Origin: Elusimicrobiota bacterium
GTDB taxonomy: Bacteria; Elusimicrobiota; Elusimicrobia; UBA1565
Assembly (NCBI GenBank): GCA_043819795.1
Contig: JBDREN010000211.1
Coordinates: 1 to 14,653 of the forward strand
Length of the DNA: 14,653 nt
Direction of reading: 5' to 3'
Part shown: positions 7,909-14,633 of the stretch, one piece after another
Layout: each line of letters begins with the position of its first letter
How positions within the stretch are numbered: position 1 is the stretch's first letter
Translations under genes and position numbers: made by a program
Notes under the pieces: generated by a model
What the model saw: the letters and a program-made list of their open reading frames with translations, nothing else
The model's database searches: none
Told to the model about the DNA's origin: nothing

Positions 7909-9348
7909 TCAGAATTGGAAGTAGATGAAGCTCCTCTGGGCCAAAAGCGCCATCCGCTCGATGATGAACGCGAAGGCCACGACCAGCGCACCCTGCAGCG
8001 CCGGATGCCAAACGGCGACCGCCCTCCGCATGCGCTCTTCCACCCGCTCCGGCACGTAGTGGGCGACCACGGCGGCCAGCAGCACGAGCAGGGAGACGGC
8101 GGGGAACCCGGCCGAAGCGCCCGTGAAGGAGAACGCGCGTCCATAGACCGCCCAGGCCGTGGGCAGGTCCGCGGCCCGAAACAACGGAAGCGAAAAGATG
8201 ATGAAGAGATTGGTCAATACGATCGGCGCGACCCTGCCCTCGAGCCGGTCCTCGAGACCGCGCGCGCCCCCCGCCGCGAACGGCGCCGCGAGCGCCAGCG
8301 CTGCGCGGGTCCCGATCACACCCACGGCGTGATAGAGGCCGAACAGGACGTATTTCCAATGGGCGCCGTGCCAAAGGCCGATGACGGCGAAGGTGAGGAG
8401 GATGTTGCGCAGCGTCCTGTGGAGCCCGCCCCGGCTTCCGCCCATCGGCACGTAGAGATAGTCGAAGGCGAAGCGGGTCAGCGTCATGTGCCACCGCCGC
8501 CAGAAGCGGGCGGGGGTGCAGGCGGCGTAGGGCCTGTCGAAGTTCTGCGGCAGGTCGAACCCGAAGAGCCGGGCCGACCCGATGGCGATGTCGGTGTAGC
8601 CGGAGAAATCGCAGTATATCTGGAAGTGGAACCCGATCAAGGCCACGAACGTCTCCATCGAGTTGAACAGATGCGGCATGTTGAAGACCGGATCGACGAC
8701 TGCCCCGGCCAGATAGTCCGCCACCACCATCTTCTTGGCCAGCCCGCGCAGGATGAGGTATACGCCTTGGGCCAGGTCGTCGCGCGTCAACCTCGGCTCG
8801 CCCTCGAACTGCGGCAGGAGTTCGCCCGCGCGCACGATGGGCCCGGCGATTAGCTGGGGGAAGAAGGCGACGAACAGGAAGAAGTCGCGCGCGGACCGGG
8901 CCGGCTGGATGCGCCGGAGGTAGATGTCCAGCGTGTAGCTCATGCTCTGGAAGGTGTAGAACGAGACGCCGATGGGCAGCAGGATCCGCAGGGTGGGGAG
9001 GTCCGCCTCCATGTGGAGCAGGTTTAGGGTCCAGCCCACGTTGTCGATCATGAATTGGCCGTACTTGAAGAGGCAGAGCACGGCCAGGTTGCTGACCACG
9101 CTGATCACGAGGAAGAGCCGCCGCAAGCGCGGCCTCTTGTCGTAGGCGTAGATGAGGTGGCCCGCGGAATAGTCGATGAGGGTCGAAAGGAAGATCAGGA
9201 CGAGATAGAGCCCGTTCCAAGAGGCGTAGAAGACGTAGCTGGCGGCCAAAAGCAGCCATAGCCGCAGGGACGGATGCCGCCGCATGCCCCAGAAGAGGAC
9301 GAAGACTGAAAACAGGAGGAAGAAGTATCCGCCGCTGTTGAACGACAT
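7909..9348 (-). CDS. MBOAT family O-acyltransferase (AlgI/PatA/DltB type)
   Basis: MSFNS..F, LPIGVSFYTFQSMSY, FFPQLIAGPIVR, QIYCDFSGYTDIAIG, NFDRPY, FWRRWHMTL, GLWHGA. Confidence 0.96.
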   Translation of the reverse strand: MSFNSGGYFFLLFSVFVLFWGMRRHPSLRLWLLLAASYVFYASWNGLYLVLIFLSTLIDYSAGHLIYAYDKRPRLRRLFLVISVVSNLAVLCLFKYGQFMIDNVGWTLNLLHMEADLPTLRILLPIGVSFYTFQSMSYTLDIYLRRIQPARSARDFFLFVAFFPQLIAGPIVRAGELLPQFEGEPRLTRDDLAQGVYLILRGLAKKMVVADYLAGAVVDPVFNMPHLFNSMETFVALIGFHFQIYCDFSGYTDIAIGSARLFGFDLPQNFDRPYAACTPARFWRRWHMTLTRFAFDYLYVPMGGSRGGLHRTLRNILLTFAVIGLWHGAHWKYVLFGLYHAVGVIGTRAALALAAPFAAGGARGLEDRLEGRVAPIVLTNLFIIFSLPLFRAADLPTAWAVYGRAFSFTGASAGFPAVSLLVLLAAVVAHYVPERVEERMRRAVAVWHPALQGALVVAFAFIIERMALLAQRSFIYFQF

Positions 9349-9483
9349 CAGGATCCCGCCCGCGCGGTCTTCCGGATACTACCGCAATCCGCCCGGCGGG
9401 ATACAGGGGCCGGGGCCTCCGGCGCGCGTTCGATCAGGCCTTTCAAGCCGGCGGACGCTCCCCCGGGATGCGGTGGCCCGCTC

Positions 9484-9933
9484 TCATAGCCTCGGCGTGT
9501 AGACCTCAACCACTTCGACGTCGAAGCGCAAGGATTTTCCCGCGAGCGGGTGATTGAGGTCGACGGTGACGTCGCCTGGTCCAAGCGCGACCACCGTCGC
9601 GCGGTCCAGCCCGCCGACGCGCGGCACGGAAACCGCGCTGCCGATCCGGAGAGCGCCCGGGTTGAGGAACTCCTTCTTGGGTATTCTCTTGAGCGCCTTC
9701 GGGTCGCGCCGGCCGTAGCCCTGTTCCGGGGGCAGGAGCACGGTCTTCGTTTCGCCGGCCTTCATGCCGGCCAGGCGCTCTTCGAGCCCCGGCAGGATCT
9801 CCCCCGAGCCTTGGATGTAGGTCACGGGGTCCTTCCCCGACGTGCCGGCGACCGCGCGGCCGTCCACCGTGAGGGTGTAGCGGATCGTGGCATGCGAGCC
9901 TTTCCGGATGATGCCCGCGCTACCTCCTATCAT
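9484..9933 (-). CDS. slyD: FKBP-type peptidyl-prolyl isomerase, SlyD/SlpA type with IF domain and no His-rich tail
   Basis: YTL..DG, P.TYIQGSGEILPGLEE.L.GMKAGE...PEQGYG, VTVDLNHPLAGKSLRFDVEV. GGAGAGG RBS. Confidence 0.92.
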   Translation of the reverse strand: MIGGSAGIIRKGSHATIRYTLTVDGRAVAGTSGKDPVTYIQGSGEILPGLEERLAGMKAGETKTVLLPPEQGYGRRDPKALKRIPKKEFLNPGALRIGSAVSVPRVGGLDRATVVALGPGDVTVDLNHPLAGKSLRFDVEVVEVYTPRL

Positions 9934-9972
9934 GACCTTCCCTCTCCAGGAGGACCGTCCGGCCCGCGGTCC

Positions 9973-11538
9973 TCATTCACAGTACTCCCGCAGCGCTCCC
10001 GACCGCGAAGGATGCCGGAGCTTGCGGACGGCCTTGGATTCGATCTGGCGTACCCGCTCCCGCGTGATCCGCAGCAGGCGGCCCACCTCGTCGAGAGTGC
10101 GGGGATAGCCCGCGCCGATGCCGAAGCGCAGCTTCAGGATGCTGGCCTCCCGGCCGGTCAGCGTGGAGAGGACCCTCTCGAGCCTGGCGCGCAGCATGCT
10201 CTCTTTGAGCAGGCGCGAGGGCTCCGGCACGCTCGGGTCCTTGATGAGGTCCTCGAGGCGCGAGTCCCCGTCCTCGCCGATCGGGGTGTCGAGGGAAACC
10301 GGCCGCTGCATGATCTTGAGGCCCGTCTTGACCGTGTCGAGAGGGACGCCGAGCCGCCGCGCGTACTCCTGCGGCGTGGGATCGCGCCCGAGCTCCTGCC
10401 GGCACCGGCCTCCGGCCTTATGGATCCTCGAGCACAGCTCCTTCATGTGCACCGGGATGCGGATCGTGTCCGCCTGGTCGGCGATCGCCCGGTTCATCGA
10501 CTGGTGCACCCACCAGGTCGCGTAGGTGGAGAACTTGAACTTCTTCCTGTACTCGAACTTGTCCACCGCCTTCATGAGCCCCAGTCCGCCCTCCTGGATC
10601 AGGTCGGACATCTCGAGGCTGGAATACCTCTTCTTCCTGGCGATGGCGACCACCAGCCTGAGGTTGGCCCGGATGATCCTGAGCTTGTCGGCGAGTATGT
10701 GCTCCTCGAGCGCCGTGATCCTCCGGTCCAGCTCCAAGAACCGGTCGACCGGCATGGGGATCGTGCGGGTCAGCCGTTCAAAACGCTCCCGAACCGCCCG
10801 CATCCTCGTCCCGCCCGGGCCTGGACGGCCGGAACGCCGCCCGCGGCCGGCTCCGGAGCGTCTTCGCATCGCCTCGAGCTCCCGGCGGCACTGACGGACC
10901 TTGGCGGCGAGGCTCTTGATCTTGTTGGCGAGCCGTTTGATCTTGTCCGGGTTGAGGTCCAGCGCCACGATCCTCTTGAGGACCGCCTTCTTGCGCGCCT
11001 CGATAGCTCTCGTGATGGCCGCCTTCCTGCGAGGACAGGCGCGGCGGAGTTCGGCCGCCAGCCGGCTTATCCGCGCCTCGGACCTGGCTATGCAGCCAGA
11101 CGTGCGGCGCATCTTGCGCCGCATGGCCGCGAGCTCTCGGGGCGGCCGCGTGCCGCGGGGCATCAGCTCCTTGGGCGACATCTCCTTCAAGGAAAGCAGG
11201 TGCTCCCAGTTGCGGATCTCGCGCATGGCCACGGGGGATTCCAGGACCAAGAGCTCAAGCTCCTTTTGGCGCTCATGGACGTTCCTGCAGAGCCGGACCT
11301 CGTCGTCCCGGCTGAGCAGCGCGGTCTTCGCCATCTGGGAGAGATACATGCGGATCGCGTCCGAAGCGCCCGGAGCATGGTCCCATTGCTCTCGGAAAGC
11401 CCGGCCACGGCGGCCCGTCCCGGCGCCCAGCCCCGCGCGTGTCGGGACCGGCCTGCCGCGCCCACGCATCCCGTTGCGGGCTCCTGCCGTCGATCGTCCG
11501 CGACTGCCGGCCATAGTCATCAAATCGCGGGCCGTCAT
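9973..11538 (-). CDS. rpoD: RpoD-like sigma70 factor lacking acidic region 1.1 (probable accessory paralog)
   Basis: Region 1.2 [10 protein letters not shown], non-conserved region, region 2 [37 protein letters not shown], region 3 SLDTPIGED, region 4 TLDEVG...[22 protein letters not shown]. Exact start uncertain. Confidence 0.93.
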   Translation of the reverse strand: [521 protein letters not shown]

Positions 11539-11554
11539 CCTCTTCCTCGAGACG

Positions 11555-11857
11555 TCAAGCGGCTCCTCCAGGCATCGGCCGCATCCAGAACCCCGCCTGT
11601 CCGAAGCCGTTGGACTCAGGGGGGGTATAGTCCAGCATGTGCCCGGAGAATTCCGCCTCCAGACCGCTGTCCACCACCACGGGGATGCCCGACACCTCCC
11701 GCACCTCCTCGGAGCCGAGGCGCTTCAAATCCTCTAGGCCCAAGCGGATTCCCCCTTCCTCGGTCCGCTCGATGCGCAGGGCCTTGCGTCCGGGCGATCC
11801 CCGCTGCGGGAGTTGGTTTTTGATGTGTTTCGCGGCTCGTTCGGAGAACCTGATCAT
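11555..11857 (-). CDS. Cysteine-free HesB/IscA-like small protein
   Basis: MIRFSERAAKHIK...ALRIE...GIPVVVDS...GHMLDY...GF. ATG 11857 has a GGAAGAGG RBS and overlaps the upstream stop (ATGA). Paralog of 318..608. Confidence 0.75.
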   Translation of the reverse strand: MIRFSERAAKHIKNQLPQRGSPGRKALRIERTEEGGIRLGLEDLKRLGSEEVREVSGIPVVVDSGLEAEFSGHMLDYTPPESNGFGQAGFWMRPMPGGAA

Positions 11858-12132
11858 GGAGCGTCCTCTTCCTGTACGGCGGACGGGCGCGTGCCGGCGC
11901 AGGAGGCGTGCGCCAGGTTGAGCCCGCTGGTCTCTCCCGGATCCTCGACCACGACGGGATGGTCCTCGCCCGGACATCCTCCGAAATCGGGCCCGTCGGA
12001 CAGGAGGAAGCCGAGTCCGCATACGCAGCATTCAGAGGGCTGTTCGCCGTCCTCCGGACGTTCTTCGTAGGGCCGCCCGCCGTCATAGCGGCGTGCCCAC
12101 CACGCCGGTCCGGATCCTTTTGAGTCGGCCAT
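11854..12132 (-). CDS. Hypothetical 92-aa acidic protein with CxxC...HxxC putative zinc ligands
   Basis: GGAGGAGG RBS, CCVCG and HASC motifs, translationally coupled to the next gene. Confidence 0.65.
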   Translation of the reverse strand: MADSKGSGPAWWARRYDGGRPYEERPEDGEQPSECCVCGLGFLLSDGPDFGGCPGEDHPVVVEDPGETSGLNLAHASCAGTRPSAVQEEDAP

Positions 12133-12192
12133 GCCTCCTCCGCGCTTGTTTTCTCGATGGTCGGGCGCCGCTCGCGTCCGCCGCGGCCCGGC

Positions 12193-12459
12193 CTACGATT
12201 CCGGAGGGACGATCTCGAGTATCTTGAAGCCTTTCGTGCCCTCGGGCAGCCTGACCAGCGCCGCCTCTCCCGCTCCGCATCCGATGATCGCGTCGGCGAG
12301 CGGGCAATAGACGGAGATCCTGTTTCGGGACCGATCGACCTCGTTCGGAAGGACCAGCTCATAGTCCGCCTTCTCTGCCGAGTCGACGTTCTGTATGGTC
12401 ACCCGGCTTCCCAGACAGACGTCGTCCTCCCCGTCAACGGTCTTCCCGTTCCTCGTCAT
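12193..12459 (-). CDS. GreA/GreB/Rnk C-terminal-domain-only protein (88 aa)
   Basis: VCLGSRVTI...YELVLPNEVD..RNRISVYCPLADAIIG..AGE...LPEG...KILEI. ATG 12459 has a GGAGG RBS. No N-terminal coiled coil is encoded upstream. Confidence 0.88.
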   Translation of the reverse strand: MTRNGKTVDGEDDVCLGSRVTIQNVDSAEKADYELVLPNEVDRSRNRISVYCPLADAIIGCGAGEAALVRLPEGTKGFKILEIVPPES

Positions 12460-12497
12460 GGCGTTGCCTCCGGATTGCGGCGCGCCTTCCCCCAGCG

Positions 12498-12545
12498 AAA
12501 CAAAGGCCCCCACGACCCTCCCGTCATGGGGAGCGCCGTGGAGGC
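12498..12545 (-). terminator. Leader terminator 2 (attenuator-like)
   Basis: GCCTCCACGGC pairs with GTCGTGGGGGC (11 bp including G-U) around an inner CTCCC/GGGAG hairpin, followed by CTTTGTTT. Confidence 0.55.
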
Positions 12546-12560
12546 TGACGCGGCCTCCAC

Positions 12561-12599
12561 AAAAAGAATCCTCCGCACCCGAGTAATCGGGAGCGAAGG
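12561..12599 (-). terminator. Leader terminator 1 (attenuator-like)
   Basis: CCTTCGCTCCCGA-TTAC-TCGGGTGCGGAGG stem (one mismatch, one G-U) followed by ATTCTTTTT. Confidence 0.65.
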
Positions 12600-12645
12600 C
12601 GGTCCTGGCCTACCGACGCGCGCCGCTCATGAGCGCGCTATCATT

Positions 12646-12673
12646 ATTATAGCCGGCCTTGCCCTGATGTCAA
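12646..12673 (-). promoter_or_regulatory. Consensus sigma70 promoter TTGACA-N16-TATAAT for the greC-sigma operon
   Basis: TTGACA at 12673-12668 (contains the TGA stop of the ANTAR gene) and TATAAT at 12651-12646. Confidence 0.8.
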
Positions 12674-13260
12674 GGCCGGAGACCCTCCTCGGCGAGCAGG
12701 ATGGCCCGCGCTACCTCCGCCAGCTTCTTGTTGGACTTTCTCGCCATCCTCTGGAGCTTCCTGTGGGCGTCCGCCTCCGAGAGGTTGGAGGCGCGCATGA
12801 CGATTCCCTTCGCCTTCTCGATCACCTTGCGGTCCTCCAAGGACTGCTTGAGCGAGTCCACCTCCTCATGCATCGCTTTGTACCCCTCGCACCGGGACAG
12901 GGCCAGCTGGATGGCGGGCATCAGGTCCTTCTCCTCGATCGGCTTGACCAGATATGAGGCTAGATGGGACTGCTTCGCCGCCCGGTCGATGAGGTCTTCC
13001 TCGTGGTAGGCGGTCACGATGACGAACGGGGTCGCCCTGTGCCGGCACACCCTCTCCGCCAGCTCCAATCCCGAGAGGCCCGGCATCTTGATGTCCGCGA
13101 CCACCAGGTCCGGCGCGAGCTCGCGAGCCAGCCGCAGGGCCTCCTCGCCGTCGCCCGTGTCGGCGATCACGAGATGGCCCAGCTTCTTGATCATCGATTT
13201 CAGGTGCAGGCGGATGACCCGCTCGTCCTCGGCGAGCAGGACGCGCAGTTTTTTCCTCAT
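12670..13260 (-). CDS. REC-ANTAR response regulator (PdtaR/EutV/NasT type)
   Basis: REC motifs LLAEDE, DIKMPG, TAY and YLVKP; ANTAR motif LEDRKVIEKAKGIVM...SEADAHRKLQRMA...KLAEVA. ATG 13260 overlaps the kinase stop (ATGA). Confidence 0.95.
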   Translation of the reverse strand: MRKKLRVLLAEDERVIRLHLKSMIKKLGHLVIADTGDGEEALRLARELAPDLVVADIKMPGLSGLELAERVCRHRATPFVIVTAYHEEDLIDRAAKQSHLASYLVKPIEEKDLMPAIQLALSRCEGYKAMHEEVDSLKQSLEDRKVIEKAKGIVMRASNLSEADAHRKLQRMARKSNKKLAEVARAILLAEEGLRP

Positions 13261-14381
13261 TCGGTCTTCGTCCTGAAAGTCACGCTGACGCGCGTGCCTT
13301 TCCCCCGTGCGCTCGCCATGGCGATGTCCCCGCAATGGAGCCTGGCGATCTTTCTGGCGATGGCCAGTCCCATGCCCGTGCCGCCCTCCTTGGTCGAGAA
13401 GAAGGGGACAAACGCGCGCCGCATCTCCTCCGCGCTCATGCCCCTCCCGTCGTCCGCGAACTCCACGCGCATCATCGGCGTCCCGTTCCGCACGAACGGC
13501 GCGGCGGCCAGCTTGATGCAGCCCCGTTGGCCGAGCGACTCGATGGCGTTCTCCAGCAGGTTGCGGAAGACGGACCTCATGCGGCGCGGATCGATAGAGC
13601 AGGGCGGGAGCCCGGAGTACTCCTTCCGGACCTGGATATTCTTCGCCGAGAGCGCTCCCCGCAGGTCGCGCAAGGCGTCGTCGATAACGCCGGAGACGCT
13701 GGTCTTCCGCGCCGCCAGCCGGACCGGCCGCGAGAAGTCCCTGAGGTCGGAGAATAGGTTGTTGAGGGCGTTGACGCTTTCCTCTAGGGACCGGATGATC
13801 GTCCGGGAGTGCCTGCCCCGCGGCCGCATCTGCTCCATCAAGAGGGCCACGGAGGACCGCAGCTTCTGAAGAGGGTTCTTGAACTCATGGACCACCGAGA
13901 TGATCAGCTCGCCGAGCCGCGCGAGATCGCGGGCCTGGGACAGCTCGTGCTCGATCTTCTTGCTCCTGGTGATGTCGATGCCCGTGTACAGGTATCCGGC
14001 GGGACGCTGTCGTTCATAGATGGGCACGATCGTGAGCAGAAGGACCACGTTGCTGCCGTCCTTGGCCGTGCGGGTGATCTCCCCCTTCCAGACCCCGTGC
14101 TCGGCCACGGCTCTGTAGTGTTCGACGCGGTCCCTTTCCAGGGAAGGGTCCGCGGAGAGCGTGTCGATGGAGCGCCCCACGATCTCGCCGCGGCTGTAGC
14201 CGAACAGCCTGAGGAACGCCGGGTTGACCTCGACGATCCTTCCCTTGAGGTCGGTGACGAGCATGGCGTCCGTGAAATGGGTGAACATGTCCCGCAGGAG
14301 CTGGACATTGCCCTTGAGGACGAGGTCCGGCTCCTTGATGATGGCCGTGCCGACGAGGGCGTCGTCGTCGTTGGTTTGCAT
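13257..14381 (-). CDS. Cytoplasmic PAS-domain histidine kinase (HisKA + HATPase_c)
   Basis: PAS (TDLKGRIVEVNPAF..FGYSRGEIVG...WKGEI...KDG), H box VHEFKNPL, N box NLLENAIES, DDGRGM, PFFSTKEGGTGMGL. Start set at ATG 14381, downstream of the promoter. Confidence 0.93.
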   Translation of the reverse strand: MQTNDDDALVGTAIIKEPDLVLKGNVQLLRDMFTHFTDAMLVTDLKGRIVEVNPAFLRLFGYSRGEIVGRSIDTLSADPSLERDRVEHYRAVAEHGVWKGEITRTAKDGSNVVLLLTIVPIYERQRPAGYLYTGIDITRSKKIEHELSQARDLARLGELIISVVHEFKNPLQKLRSSVALLMEQMRPRGRHSRTIIRSLEESVNALNNLFSDLRDFSRPVRLAARKTSVSGVIDDALRDLRGALSAKNIQVRKEYSGLPPCSIDPRRMRSVFRNLLENAIESLGQRGCIKLAAAPFVRNGTPMMRVEFADDGRGMSAEEMRRAFVPFFSTKEGGTGMGLAIARKIARLHCGDIAMASARGKGTRVSVTFRTKTE

Positions 14382-14445
14382 GGCTTTCCGGAAAGGTCTC
14401 CAGCCCGCCGGATACGGACGGCGGCGGGGCGACCCTCGGGTCGGT

Positions 14446-14476
14446 ATAGTTATAGAGGTATCTCGCGATTTGTCAA
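14446..14476 (-). promoter_or_regulatory. Sigma70-type promoter TTGACA-N16-TATAAC for the kinase-ANTAR operon
   Basis: Minus strand TTGACAAATCgcgagatacctCTATAACTAT has the same ends as the 4825-4855 promoter. Confidence 0.75.
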
Positions 14477-14563
14477 CCCCGCCCCTCGGCGCCCTCCTCC
14501 ATCCCGACATCCCCGGCCGGGCCGCAGGAAAATCGAAAGTAGATTTTGATTGACGGGGCTTAG

Positions 14564-14601
14564 GCGGATCCGGCGGATCTTTCCCGGATCCGCTGTTTTT
14601 T
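14564..14601 (+). terminator. Intrinsic terminator-like hairpin
   Basis: GCGGATCCGG-N10-CCGGATCCGC (10-bp perfect stem) followed by TGTTTTTT. Confidence 0.55.
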
Positions 14602-14604
14602 CGC

Positions 14605-14633
14605 TTGTGTATAACACATTAGTATACTATAGT
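14605..14633 (+). promoter_or_regulatory. Putative promoter TTGTGT-N17-TATAGT for a leaderless gene starting at ATG 14641 (truncated by the window edge)
   Basis: AT-rich block; the ATG lies 8 nt after the -10 with no SD. Overlapping palindromes TGTGT-ATA-ACACA and TAGTATACTA. Confidence 0.45.

Noticed and set aside
9550..11823. 757-aa plus-strand ORF, and other long antisense or alternate-frame ORFs (e.g. 7379..9259, 6332..7369, 12964..13869)
   Set aside because: Shadows of real genes in high-GC DNA, with no recognisable motifs.
12460..12645. Canonical ANTAR dual-hexaloop RNA motif
   Set aside because: I found no pair of C-G-closed hexaloops with A1 and G4 by eye; only the terminator structures are reported.
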